Under the pieces are notes generated by a model, which saw only the letters and a list, made by a program, of their open reading frames with translations, was not told the DNA's origin and ran no database searches. This document shows positions 24,816-34,030 of a DNA stretch of 38,675 nt, one piece after another (position 1 is the stretch's first letter; each line of letters starts with the position of its first letter). The translations under genes were made by a program, and so were the position numbers. The stretch lies in the NCBI GenBank assembly GCA_036481135.1, contig JAZGHN010000045.1, positions 1 through 38,675 of the forward strand, given 5' to 3'. This DNA is from Dehalococcoidales bacterium. Its GTDB lineage: Bacteria > Chloroflexota > Dehalococcoidia > Dehalococcoidales > E44-bin46.

Positions 24816-25568
24816 TCAAGAAGATGATTCTTCTTTAAGCTTTTCTATTAACTGCCTTTCCTCCAAACTCAGGTCGGCTTTGCCCAACAGCTCAGGACGG
24901 CGCTTCAGGGTGCGTAGAATAGACTGGTGGCGGCGCCACTTATCAATTTGGGCGTGATTTCCTGAAAGTAAAACATCGGGTACTGCCCAGCCCCTATATA
25001 CATCGGGGCGGGTGTATTGGGGGTATTCCAGTAGTCCGGTAGTATGAGAATCGTCCAGTGCTGAAGCCTCAGAGCCAAGAACCCCTGGCAGTAGCCTGAC
25101 CACAGCCTCTACTACCACCATAGCTGCCAGCTCACCGCCACTGAGGACGTAATCGCCGATGCTAATCTCCTCGGTAACCAGGTGTTCACGCACCCGCTCA
25201 TCGACTCCCTCATAGCGACCGCAGATAAGGATTAGATGGCTATATCCTGATAGCTCTTGAGCAATTTGTTGGTGGAAAAGGCGACCCTGTGGAGTGAGCA
25301 GAATAATAGGCAATGCCTTTGCCTCTTCGAGGGATATATCCGATTTTACCGACTCCACTGCTTCAAAGATGGGCTCGGGCTTAAGGACCATACCGGCTCC
25401 ACCACCATAGGCATAGTCATCAACGGTGTGATGTTTATCATGGGTATAGTCTCGAATATTGTGAATATTAACCTGAATCAGCTTCTGGTCGATAGCCCGC
25501 TTGAGAATGCCTACACTGAATGGGTCTTGGAACATCTGGGGGAACAGGGTTAAAATATCAATTCGCAC
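24816..25568 (-). CDS. trmD: tRNA (guanine37-N1)-methyltransferase TrmD
   Basis: 250 aa with [36 protein letters not shown] and a GNHA..WR C-terminal motif. Confidence 0.93.
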   Translation of the reverse strand: MRIDILTLFPQMFQDPFSVGILKRAIDQKLIQVNIHNIRDYTHDKHHTVDDYAYGGGAGMVLKPEPIFEAVESVKSDISLEEAKALPIILLTPQGRLFHQQIAQELSGYSHLILICGRYEGVDERVREHLVTEEISIGDYVLSGGELAAMVVVEAVVRLLPGVLGSEASALDDSHTTGLLEYPQYTRPDVYRGWAVPDVLLSGNHAQIDKWRRHQSILRTLKRRPELLGKADLSLEERQLIEKLKEESSS

Positions 25569-25584
25569 TTTTTAGGTCCCCTCA

Positions 25585-26076
25585 CTACCTGGGAGTATGC
25601 TCGGTTACCTCCCCCCTGATAATTTCTATAGCGTGAGGAATGACAGGTAGTACCACCTCGAGACACTCCCGAACCGCCCTGGGGCTACCTGGCAGGTTGA
25701 TAATAAGACACCTTCCTCTAATCCCAGCCACAGCTCGACTCAGTATAGCGTGTGGCACCATCTTAAAGGTTTTAGCTCTCATCGCTTCGGTGAAACCGGG
25801 CGTAATCTTATCCATGACAGAAAGGGTTGCCTCAGGGGTGGTATCACGTGGTCCTAACCCGGTGCCGCCGGTGGTCAGGATAAGGTCGATACCGCCTTCA
25901 TCAGCCCACTCGGTCAGTTTTTCAGCAATAACATCCGCTTCATCAGGAACAACCTCATACTTGACTACACGGTTATCCAGTGAAGACAGGCCGTCCCTGA
26001 TGGCATTGCCACTTTCATCGTGACGCTGTCCGCGCCAGCCCTTATCACTAATAGTAAGTATGCCGATGTTAACCAT
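25585..26076 (-). CDS. MogA/MoaB family molybdopterin adenylyltransferase-like protein
   Basis: 163 aa with ILTISD, TTGGTGLGPRDTTPEA and LPGSPRAV, which are MoCF-biosynthesis (MogA/MoaB) domain motifs. Confidence 0.8.
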   Translation of the reverse strand: MVNIGILTISDKGWRGQRHDESGNAIRDGLSSLDNRVVKYEVVPDEADVIAEKLTEWADEGGIDLILTTGGTGLGPRDTTPEATLSVMDKITPGFTEAMRAKTFKMVPHAILSRAVAGIRGRCLIINLPGSPRAVRECLEVVLPVIPHAIEIIRGEVTEHTPR

Positions 26077-26166
26077 AAAGCTGCCTTTCTTGAGGCATTT
26101 ATTTTACCACACATAGGGGAATATAACCAAAATCAGAGAATTTCCCGAAAATTTTATGCTAGGGGG

Positions 26167-26230
26167 TTGACAAATGGGGTCGGTTGTGGTTTAAAATGGA
26201 TAATAGTGGTAAATAGTGGTAAATTAGGGT
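26167..26230 (+). promoter_or_regulatory. mraZ (Pmra-type) promoter overlapped by six 10-bp-phased GG-core direct repeats (MraZ-box-like array)
   Basis: TTGACA (26167-26172), a 17-nt spacer, then TTTAAAAT. The decamers from 26171 read caaatGGGGt / cggttGTGGt / ttaaaATGGa / taataGTGGt / aaataGTGGt / aaattAGGGt, with the xxGG core at the same phase in every 10 bp. Confidence 0.6.
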
Positions 26231-26267
26231 TCTGGCTCCTTTCACCTGATAGGAGGAAGAGCTAAAA

Positions 26268-26702
26268 ATGTTTTTTGGTGAATTCGAATATAGGATTGAT
26301 GAGAAAGGGAGGGTCCCCATCCCTCCAAAGTTCAGAGGTGTATTAAAAGGGGGAGTGGTATTAACGCCGGGGGCAGAACAGTGCGTTAATGTTTATCCAC
26401 TACCTGAGTGGAAGAATATAGCTACTACTCTTACCACCGGCGTCATTACCCCCAGCAAGTTGAGAAGACTAAATCGGGCTATTTTTGCCACTGCTTTTAG
26501 CATTGAGGTTGATGGGCAGGGCAGGATAGTCTTGCCTATTTCATTACGGGAGTATGCCGGGATTAAAGATGCGGTAGTTATCACTGGAGTTAACAATTAC
26601 CTCGAGCTGTGGAATAAAGAGCAGTGGGAGGCGGAGAAGGCTATTAGCCAGGAACAGGCCTGGCAAATTATAGAAAGCTTAGAGAGGCATCGGGAGAGTT
26701 AA
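26268..26702 (+). CDS. mraZ: division/cell wall cluster transcriptional regulator MraZ
   Basis: 144 aa with [21 protein letters not shown] and a second repeat [16 protein letters not shown], the two SpoVT/AbrB-like halves with DxxxR. Confidence 0.92.
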   Translation: MFFGEFEYRIDEKGRVPIPPKFRGVLKGGVVLTPGAEQCVNVYPLPEWKNIATTLTTGVITPSKLRRLNRAIFATAFSIEVDGQGRIVLPISLREYAGIKDAVVITGVNNYLELWNKEQWEAEKAISQEQAWQIIESLERHRES

Positions 26703-26704
26703 AG

Positions 26705-27706
26705 ATGATAACTCATATCCCGGTTTTAGTCAAAGAGACCGTTGAGGCACTGGCGGTGCAGCCCGGGGGCCGCTATATTGATTGCACCCTGGGGGGTGGG
26801 GGTCATGCTGCTGCCATTTTGGAGCGGAGTTCACCCGGTGGACAATTACTGGGCATAGACGCTGACCCTGAAGCGATAAAGATAGCCGGGACAAAGCTCC
26901 GGGCTTATAGTGGCTCTACCCTTCTAATTAATGAAAACTTCATCAATCTACGGGCTATTTGTGTCAGGCATGCTTTCTACCCGGTGCACGGTATTTTGTT
27001 CGACCTGGGGCTTTCCTCCCTTCAGCTCAATGGCAATAATCGTGGCTTCAGCTTCCTGCGCGATGCGCCCTTAGATATGCGCTTGAATCCTGGCCAGGAT
27101 ATTACCGCTGCTGATATCATTAACACTTCCTCTGAGACCGAACTAGCTCGCATTATAAGAGTATATGGTGAGGAAGCCCATAGCCGTCAGATTGCCCATC
27201 GCATTGTGCAGGAACGCTCCATAGCAACTACCCTTCAACTGGTTGAGACGGTAGAGCGAGCCGTCGGGGGTTGGAGGGGTAGAATCCATCCCGCCACCAA
27301 GACCTTTCAAGCATTGCGAATAGCGGTTAACCACGAATTGGAGCATCTGGAGGCTGCTCTCAAGCAGGCGATCGACCTTCTTGGGTTTGAGGGTAGGTTG
27401 GTGGTCATTAGCTATCACTCCCTCGAAGACCGCATTGTGAAACAGCTTATGCAGCGGGAATCGAGGGATTGTATTTGCCCTCCGGGTACACCGACTTGCA
27501 TTTGTGGACATACCGCTTGCCTCAAGTTAATTACCAAGAGGGTTATTACCCCCTCTCCTACAGAGGTTCAACTTAACCCGCGTAGTCGTAGCGCTAAATT
27601 AAGAGTTGCTGAGCGCATTATTACTTGGGATAAACGCCGTAATATGGCTGGAAAGGCTGGTTCTTCAGCCAAGGTGAAGGTAACGGCTGGAGAGAACGCC
27701 CGGTAA
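26705..27706 (+). CDS. rsmH: 16S rRNA (cytosine1402-N4)-methyltransferase RsmH
   Basis: 333 aa with [29 protein letters not shown] and [14 protein letters not shown]. The C-terminal extension of about 25 aa is basic. Confidence 0.92.
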   Translation: MITHIPVLVKETVEALAVQPGGRYIDCTLGGGGHAAAILERSSPGGQLLGIDADPEAIKIAGTKLRAYSGSTLLINENFINLRAICVRHAFYPVHGILFDLGLSSLQLNGNNRGFSFLRDAPLDMRLNPGQDITAADIINTSSETELARIIRVYGEEAHSRQIAHRIVQERSIATTLQLVETVERAVGGWRGRIHPATKTFQALRIAVNHELEHLEAALKQAIDLLGFEGRLVVISYHSLEDRIVKQLMQRESRDCICPPGTPTCICGHTACLKLITKRVITPSPTEVQLNPRSRSAKLRVAERIITWDKRRNMAGKAGSSAKVKVTAGENAR

Positions 27707-27815
27707 CTTTTCGTTCCCTAGATTACATAAAGTTTTGGAGACAACAGATAAGGAGGTTTTGAAGATGTGAAATGATGCAAACGAGAATCAAAATCTTAAT
27801 GAAAGGAGGATGTGG

Positions 27816-29024
27816 ATGAGAAAGCCATCTATTTTGTCTGCTGTTGATGTTGGCACCACTAAGGTATGTACCATTATAGCTGAGATCTATAATGGGAATG
27901 CTATCCAGGTTGCCGGCGTGGGTATTAGTCCATCCAAGGGATTGCATAAGGGGTTAGTGGTCAGCATGAATGAGGCCAAGGAATCAATACGGGACTCGGT
28001 GAGGAAGGCAGAGCAAAGCAGTGGTTACAGAGTGGAATCTGCTTATGTCGGTGTGACTGGCAGGCATGTCAGCTCGATGAACAACCGAGGGGTGGTGGCC
28101 ATTACCCGTAATGACCGGCTGGTACGCCCAGAAGACCTGAGGCGGGTACTTACTTGTGCCCAGGATTTCAAGGTCCCTAGCGATAGAAAGCTGCTCCATG
28201 TTATTTCTCGGGGTTATGCTGTTGATGGTCAGGTAGGAGTCAAGAACCCAGTAGGGATGCATGGCTTCAGGCTGGATGTGGAGACGCATATCATTACTGC
28301 TGGGGTAGCTTCCGTCCAGAACCTGATAAGGTGTATTCGCAGTGTTGGTGTAGATGTTGAGGACCTCGTCCTTGAACCCTTAGCCAGCAGCGAGGCGGTA
28401 TTGACTGAGGATGAGAGGCAAGTAGGCGTGGTACTAGCTGATATCGGTGGTGGAACCACAGATATTGCTATATTTAAGGATGGAAGTATCTGGCATACCT
28501 CTATTCTGCCTGTAGCTGGTTATCAGGTCACCAGAGATGTAGCTATTGGTTTGGGACTGCCCTTTGATGTTGCCGAGGAAATGAAGAAGAAGTATGGCAG
28601 TGTTATGCCGGTTTATGAAGGCAAGGCGGAAAACACCAACCCACTATCCGAAAATGGACATGGCATTTCCTACAAGGACCTATGCGACATCATCAAGGCC
28701 CGAATTGATGAAATAATAAGGCTTATTCTGCTTGAGTTACCGCGCACTGAGCATGAATCATTGGTTCCCGCTGGAGTGGTCCTTACTGGTGGTAGCTCTA
28801 ACCTTTCTGGCATAGAGATATTGGGGCGCGATATATCGCGACTTCCGGTGAGGGTAGGCCTTCCTACCGAAATGCATGGCATCACCGATGTCCTTCGTGA
28901 CCCAGCGTATGCCACTAGTGTTGGCCTTCTGCTTTGGGGGGCAAAGCGTGAAAGCAAGCAGACTTGGAGATCTCGTGGATTCTTACGAAGGTTGGTTTCC
29001 CGAGTTAAGAACTTGTTCCGTTGA
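27816..29024 (+). CDS. ftsA: cell division protein FtsA (actin-like ATPase)
   Basis: AVDVGTTKV, ADIGGGTTDIAIF and VLTGGSSNLSGI are actin-fold phosphate and adenosine motifs. GGAGG at 27805-27809 abuts the track ATG at 27810 but lies 6 nt from the ATG at 27816, so I prefer 27816. Confidence 0.9.
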   Translation: MRKPSILSAVDVGTTKVCTIIAEIYNGNAIQVAGVGISPSKGLHKGLVVSMNEAKESIRDSVRKAEQSSGYRVESAYVGVTGRHVSSMNNRGVVAITRNDRLVRPEDLRRVLTCAQDFKVPSDRKLLHVISRGYAVDGQVGVKNPVGMHGFRLDVETHIITAGVASVQNLIRCIRSVGVDVEDLVLEPLASSEAVLTEDERQVGVVLADIGGGTTDIAIFKDGSIWHTSILPVAGYQVTRDVAIGLGLPFDVAEEMKKKYGSVMPVYEGKAENTNPLSENGHGISYKDLCDIIKARIDEIIRLILLELPRTEHESLVPAGVVLTGGSSNLSGIEILGRDISRLPVRVGLPTEMHGITDVLRDPAYATSVGLLLWGAKRESKQTWRSRGFLRRLVSRVKNLFR

Positions 29025-29058
29025 AAGTTACCAATAATGGTAGAGAAAGGAGGAAACG

Positions 29059-30198
29059 ATGGCAAAAGCAAGTTTTGTCCCTAACCCAGCCAAGATTAAG
29101 GTTATCGGCCTAGGTGGTGGTGGCTGTAATGCTATAACTCGTATGGCTCAAGAGGGGATTCAAGGCGTGGAGCTCATCGCCATGAATACCGATGCTCAAG
29201 CCCTAGCCATCACTGAAGCCCCAACCCGTATCCAGCTTGGAGAGAAGCTTACCAAAGGGTTGGGTGTAGGTGGTGACCATATGCAGGGTCAGAAGGCAGC
29301 CGAGGAGAGCCGTGATAAACTAGAGGGGCTTGTCTCTGGAGCCGATATGGTGTTTATCACCTGCGGTATGGGCGGTGGCACCGGCACCGGGGCTGCTTCC
29401 GTTATTGCCGAATTGTCCAAGCAAGGTGGAGCCCTTACTATCGCTGTAGTCACCAAACCATTTGGCTTTGAGGGTATCCACCGCAGTGACGTGGCACAGG
29501 AGGGGATTGCTCGCCTGCTAGGCAAGGTTGATACTCTTATTATTATCCCTAATGACCGCTTGCTCGATATCTGTGACCAGAAGGCGGCAGTGGATAATGC
29601 CTTTAAGCTAGCCGATGATGTGTTAAGACACGGAGTTCAGGCTATCTCTGAAGTTATCACTGTCCCTGGGATGATTAACCTTGACTTTGCTGATGTCAAG
29701 GCGGTGATGAAGGATGCTGGTCCAGCTTGGATGTCTATAGGCACCGGTTCAGGTAAGAACCGAGCTGTAGAAGCAGCTAAGGAAGCCTTGGCCAGCCCCT
29801 TGTTAGACGTTTCTATTGATGGGTCAAGAGGGGTGTTGTTCAATGTTGTTGGCGGTAGTAGCCTTACCCTGTTTGAGGTTAATGAAGCAGCAGAGGTAGT
29901 CAAGCAGGCGGTAGACCATGAGGCTAATATCATCTTCGGAGTGGCTCATGACCTTAGTATGGATGAGGACATAAGGATTACCCTAGTTGCCACTGGATTC
30001 ACTTCTAGGACGGGGCTGCCTGAAGGTGTAAAGGAGGATGAACTTACCCAACTCCTTAGGGGCTTAAAGACCGAAGAGGAAATGGATATTCCCTCTTTCA
30101 TCCGTCGCCCTATGTTTAACCGTCGACGTCAGGCAATGATTCCGCCTACCGAGCCTATTGAGGCACCGGTACCCACGCCACAATCTCTAACCCATTGA
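29059..30198 (+). CDS. ftsZ: cell division GTPase FtsZ
   Basis: 379 aa with GLGGGGCNA, NTDAQAL, tubulin signature GGGTGTGA, and a C-terminal DIPSFIRR peptide. Confidence 0.95.
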   Translation: MAKASFVPNPAKIKVIGLGGGGCNAITRMAQEGIQGVELIAMNTDAQALAITEAPTRIQLGEKLTKGLGVGGDHMQGQKAAEESRDKLEGLVSGADMVFITCGMGGGTGTGAASVIAELSKQGGALTIAVVTKPFGFEGIHRSDVAQEGIARLLGKVDTLIIIPNDRLLDICDQKAAVDNAFKLADDVLRHGVQAISEVITVPGMINLDFADVKAVMKDAGPAWMSIGTGSGKNRAVEAAKEALASPLLDVSIDGSRGVLFNVVGGSSLTLFEVNEAAEVVKQAVDHEANIIFGVAHDLSMDEDIRITLVATGFTSRTGLPEGVKEDELTQLLRGLKTEEEMDIPSFIRRPMFNRRRQAMIPPTEPIEAPVPTPQSLTH

Positions 30199-30302
30199 GG
30201 TTCTGGGGGGAAGTTTATTAATTAAATAGAGGGCCTTGAGCAAAGGCTCTTGGTACTTTGTTGCTGGGGGCCTTTGTGGCTTCATGGAGTTGCTTGTGCT
30301 CT

Positions 30303-31040
30303 TCAAACCCTTCCCGTTTCCAGATAACTGTGCAGGGTCATGGCGTTTTTCACTGCAAACGCTTCAGCGTCGTTATTGAAGTAAATGTAGATTGCTTTCA
30401 GGTTCTGGGCTAGATGGGCTAGCCTCTTTGCCCAATCAGCCAGCTCTTCATCAGAGTAACAGCTATAGTAAAGCCCGGTGCTGCCATGAAACCTGACATA
30501 GGCAAAATCAGCCGTTGCTACCAGAGGGCAACTAACAGAGGGCATATCAAAGATACACAATCCCGCATTGTGCTTATGTAGGATTTGAAAAACCTTGTCT
30601 TCCAGCCAGGACTGGTGGCGAAATTCAAATACATGCTTTATTCCCCGAGGCAAAGCAGATAGGAATGACTCTAATACTTCATCATTGCGGTGCATATTGG
30701 GGGGAAGTTGATACAGAAGCGGACCTAATTTCTCACCTAGAATTTTGGCTCTACCAACAAACTTCTCTACCGCCTCTTCACTATTTTTTAGTCGCTTAAT
30801 GTGAGTGATAAAACGGCTTACCTTTACCGCAAAGGTGAAATTGGCTGGTGATGAGTTATACCAGGTGGCAAAGGCGTTCTCTGAAGGCAGCCGGTAAAAA
30901 CTATTGTTGAGTTCAACTGTGGTGAAGTGATGGGCATAGAATTCAAGCCACTTGGCTTTAGTCAGCTCCTTCGGGTAGAACCTGTCCCGCCAATGGTCAT
31001 AGTGCCAGCCTGAGGTGCCAATATAATAGCGTAATGCCAT
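30303..31040 (-). CDS. DUF72 (YecE-like) family protein
   Basis: 245 aa. YIGTSGWHYDHWRDRFYP ... TVELNNSFYRLP ... LGPLLYQLPP is the characteristic DUF72 pattern. Confidence 0.8.
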   Translation of the reverse strand: MALRYYIGTSGWHYDHWRDRFYPKELTKAKWLEFYAHHFTTVELNNSFYRLPSENAFATWYNSSPANFTFAVKVSRFITHIKRLKNSEEAVEKFVGRAKILGEKLGPLLYQLPPNMHRNDEVLESFLSALPRGIKHVFEFRHQSWLEDKVFQILHKHNAGLCIFDMPSVSCPLVATADFAYVRFHGSTGLYYSCYSDEELADWAKRLAHLAQNLKAIYIYFNNDAEAFAVKNAMTLHSYLETGRV

Positions 31041-31074
31041 TACATCCCATATGGAACCTGAAAGGTCTTTTATC

Positions 31075-31986
31075 TTATGTAGACCTTATTTCTTCACGCA
31101 TGAATTTGACATATGAGATGGCAAAGAGGGCAGTTGTTACTCCTCCAATGATGGCCATGTGGGGCCATATAGTTAGCAAAGTCTGACCCAGTGAAAGAGG
31201 TCCAGGTATAAACCTAGCAGGAGCAACGGAAAGTTGGAGGTATTCTGATATCGTCCTTGCTCCAGGGACAAGGATAACGTTCATTGACTCCTGAAAGAGG
31301 AAGAGGGGTGAAGCACGCATAGCTAGGATGGTAGCTTCAGGATTCTGAGTCTGCCCAGCAATAAAGCCGGTGATGGTATAAAAGAGAAAAAATACCCAAA
31401 TTGCTATCGAGGTTAGAGCTGAGGTAGCCACCCGCTCAAAGCATACGGAGAATAGCATGGATAAGCCCAGCCAAAAGGCTCCGTAAAGAATACTTGCCCC
31501 CCAGAATAATAGTATCCTGGCCGTCTCTTCTGAGGTTGGAGGAACTCCAAGCTCAGCCAGTCCTATTCCAGAGACAACCAGCATGGTGGTCGTCAGCATA
31601 ATGGCTAGGGTAACTGTGCCAGCCAGGAACTTACCATTGATAACGGCATCCCGGTAGATAGGTTGAGATAGGAGCCGGCTCAGCGTCCCGCTGCTTTTCT
31701 CGCTATTTATAGCATCAAGGCCAAGGATTATGCCTACTATGGGTATAACAATCATAGCAAAGAACCAAAGGAAGGAGGGCGAAGCTTCGCCAGAAGCAGT
31801 AAAAATCTTAAGGAAGATAAATTGAGTGGGAGCAACTAGTGTCGCTCTTATATTATCCAAAGCCCCGGAGGGGGCAAGGACAACAAGTACACCAACCAGC
31901 AATACCATGATAAACAGGATTATGCCTTTCCAGCTGGTGAAATTATCAGCTAATTCTTTGTGGAATACTGTCATCAATGCTTGCAT
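31075..31986 (-). CDS. ABC-2 type exporter permease
   Basis: 303 aa with six hydrophobic segments. It lies 1 nt downstream of the ATPase gene. The large first loop and overall layout are typical of ABC-2 (NosY/YhaP-like) permeases. Confidence 0.7.
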   Translation of the reverse strand: MQALMTVFHKELADNFTSWKGIILFIMVLLVGVLVVLAPSGALDNIRATLVAPTQFIFLKIFTASGEASPSFLWFFAMIVIPIVGIILGLDAINSEKSSGTLSRLLSQPIYRDAVINGKFLAGTVTLAIMLTTTMLVVSGIGLAELGVPPTSEETARILLFWGASILYGAFWLGLSMLFSVCFERVATSALTSIAIWVFFLFYTITGFIAGQTQNPEATILAMRASPLFLFQESMNVILVPGARTISEYLQLSVAPARFIPGPLSLGQTLLTIWPHMAIIGGVTTALFAISYVKFMREEIRST

Positions 31987-31987
31987 A

Positions 31988-32935
31988 TTAGGCCTCTTTA
32001 AGATGTTTCAGGTAGATGTCCTCTAAAGTAAAGCTCTGAATTTTCATCTCTACCAGTAAACCATTGGCTTCTACAATTGCTTTAGCTATCTGAGCTCTTA
32101 AGTCCTCTGAGCAGCTAACAAGCAGTGAATCTTCACGCCTTTCTACGCTGGTTACACCCTTGATTCGCTTGATACAATCGATAAGTGCTGAAGTAATTTC
32201 GACTAGCTTAATCTCAATCCTAAATCGGCCACCGCCTGGAGCCTCCCTTTCCATTTGGTCTAATGAGCCTTCAGTCACCAGTTTCCCCTGCGATAGTATC
32301 CCCACGTGCTTGCAAATTCGCTGAACTTGATATAGTTGATGTGAGGACATGATAACGGTCATCTTCTTCTCTTTGGATATCTTGGCTATCAGGTCAAGCA
32401 TGTGAACGATACCCTGAGGGTCTATACCGGATGTGGGTTCATCCAAGATGGCTACCTTGGGCATTTTAACCAATATGTCGGCAATTGCCAGGCGTTGCTT
32501 CATCCCTCTGGAGAACTCTCCCACCATCTGGTCGGCTGACTCTGACAGACCAACTATGTCCAGTGCCTCACTTACCCTCTTTCTAACAACCTTATCAGGA
32601 AAACCATTTAGCCTGCCGGTGTAGATTAAGTTATAGCCCGCGGTTAAATCCTCATAGAACCCCACCTTTTCCGGGATATAGCCAGTGAGGCGCTTAACCT
32701 TGAGTGGTTCCCTGGTGGAGTTATACCCGCATATGCGCGCTGTGCCAGAGGTTGGCTCGGTGAGGCCAAGCAGCATTAGTATGGTTGTAGTTTTCCCAGC
32801 TCCATTGGGGCCAAGGAAACCAAAGATGTCCCCCTCTTCTATACGCAGGTTTAACCTATCAACAACCGTAGTGTTAGCATAGGTTTTGGTCAGGTCTATT
32901 GTCTCCACTACTGGTTGCTTGGCCAAATCATTCAT
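31988..32935 (-). CDS. ABC transporter ATP-binding protein (ABC-2/DRA-type exporter)
   Basis: 315 aa with Walker A GPNGAGKTT, signature FSRGMKQR and Walker B AILDEPTSGID, plus a C-terminal regulatory-type domain. It shares an ATGA overlap with the upstream surface-protein gene. Confidence 0.85.
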   Translation of the reverse strand: MNDLAKQPVVETIDLTKTYANTTVVDRLNLRIEEGDIFGFLGPNGAGKTTTILMLLGLTEPTSGTARICGYNSTREPLKVKRLTGYIPEKVGFYEDLTAGYNLIYTGRLNGFPDKVVRKRVSEALDIVGLSESADQMVGEFSRGMKQRLAIADILVKMPKVAILDEPTSGIDPQGIVHMLDLIAKISKEKKMTVIMSSHQLYQVQRICKHVGILSQGKLVTEGSLDQMEREAPGGGRFRIEIKLVEITSALIDCIKRIKGVTSVERREDSLLVSCSEDLRAQIAKAIVEANGLLVEMKIQSFTLEDIYLKHLKEA

Positions 32936-33855
32936 CTCCTTCCTAATCGCCTAAACAATACTACTAAGCCGGCGATAACACCCGCTGCGATGCCAATGCC
33001 AGCCCATCCCCAAATCGTGGATGTTAGCACAGTTATCCTCATCTCCAGGCTATCAGAGCCGCGTTCACTGTCAGATGTCAGGGTGGCAACGTAGTCACCA
33101 GCTATTGCTTTTTTCGGCGGCTTTATTACTACATCCACTTCTCGCCTAAGGAAGGGTTCTAAAGTGTCAATTTTCTCAGGGTTAAAGGTTATATCCCAAC
33201 CCTCGGGTTTATCTGATGAGAGGGTGAGGTCTTCAATGGTTCCCGTGCCTGTGTTTATCAGCAGGATTGTGATATGATTATCCTCTCCAGCCGTTACCTG
33301 AGCACTAAGCCGCCCCGTCTCGGTATACATCCCGAACTCATAGCTGTAGGTCACCACTGCCGTCAGGTCGATACTGGCTTTAAACTCAGGCTCAGCTGAG
33401 GTCATTTCAAGGGTTATCACATAGTCGCCTGGCTCTGGGTTTTCACCTGGTAGCGAGACAGCTTTAACTTCGATTGTTTCACTGTGGACACGTTCTCCAC
33501 TGAAGTCAATGGATGACACCCGTTTTTTCGGGTAGTCGCCCCAAACCCCTGCCTCCCATCCAGGAGGGGCTGTAACATTAAAGTCGTACTTCACAGCATA
33601 CTCGTCGGTACTAGGTGTGACCATAATCTCGAAGTCAAATGTGTCGCCAGCTACACCCTCTATAGTAGGAAATTTGGAAAAAAACTCGATAGGTTCCCCT
33701 TCCGACTGGGGTTCTTCCTGGCTCGGCGGCGACAAGATAGGGCCGCTACTGCTTTCCTCGGCTGCGAGTACGATTGGGCTTCCCAGTAAAGTGGTGAGCG
33801 CTGCGAAGAGTAAGATAAAACAAGCAAGGCAACGAGCTATTCTGGACCTCTTCAT
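32932..33855 (-). CDS. secreted, C-terminally membrane-anchored two-domain beta-sandwich protein (NEW3/CARDB-like, COG1470-type), paralog A
   Basis: 307 aa. It has a signal peptide (MKRSRIARCLACFILLFAALTTLLGSPIVLAAE) and two repeats of the pattern ..GW.. / ..PG.Y.. (APPGWEA...PEPGDYVITL and NTGTGTIEDL..S.DKPEGWDITF...IAGDYVATL). The C-terminal TM is followed by an RRLGRR stop-transfer sequence. Confidence 0.65.
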   Translation of the reverse strand: MKRSRIARCLACFILLFAALTTLLGSPIVLAAEESSSGPILSPPSQEEPQSEGEPIEFFSKFPTIEGVAGDTFDFEIMVTPSTDEYAVKYDFNVTAPPGWEAGVWGDYPKKRVSSIDFSGERVHSETIEVKAVSLPGENPEPGDYVITLEMTSAEPEFKASIDLTAVVTYSYEFGMYTETGRLSAQVTAGEDNHITILLINTGTGTIEDLTLSSDKPEGWDITFNPEKIDTLEPFLRREVDVVIKPPKKAIAGDYVATLTSDSERGSDSLEMRITVLTSTIWGWAGIGIAAGVIAGLVVLFRRLGRR

Positions 33856-33967
33856 AAATTAATTCCTCCTCCTTGTTCTTAACACGCCTTCTACTTTTAT
33901 CATTATCTCAAATTCGGCAGTATAGTTCTACCCCTAACTAGGGATTAAATCAATTACCATTCCGTTT

Positions 33968-34030
33968 GACAAAGCGGGTTTTGGGCAGGTCTACTATCTC
34001 CACTGTCAGCCATTTAGCCAGCTCACTCAT
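33968..34030 (-). pseudogene. fossil 5' fragment of the ABC ATPase gene left by a tandem duplication
   Basis: The minus strand reads ATGAGTGAGCTGGCTAAATGGCTGACAGTGGAGATAGTAGACCTGCCCAAAACC.. (MSELAKWLTVEIVDLPKT). This aligns with the intact gene start (MNDLAKQPVVETIDLTKT, 32935 downward) and keeps the same ATGA overlap with the preceding stop. Homology is lost after about 18 codons, and a stop follows at codon 27. Confidence 0.7.

Noticed and set aside
30199-30302. Terminator after ftsZ (AGAGGGCCTT..AAGGCTCT)
   Set aside because: The stem needs a 2-nt bulge, is only about 8 bp, and is followed by a weak T-run. It is too marginal to annotate as a feature.
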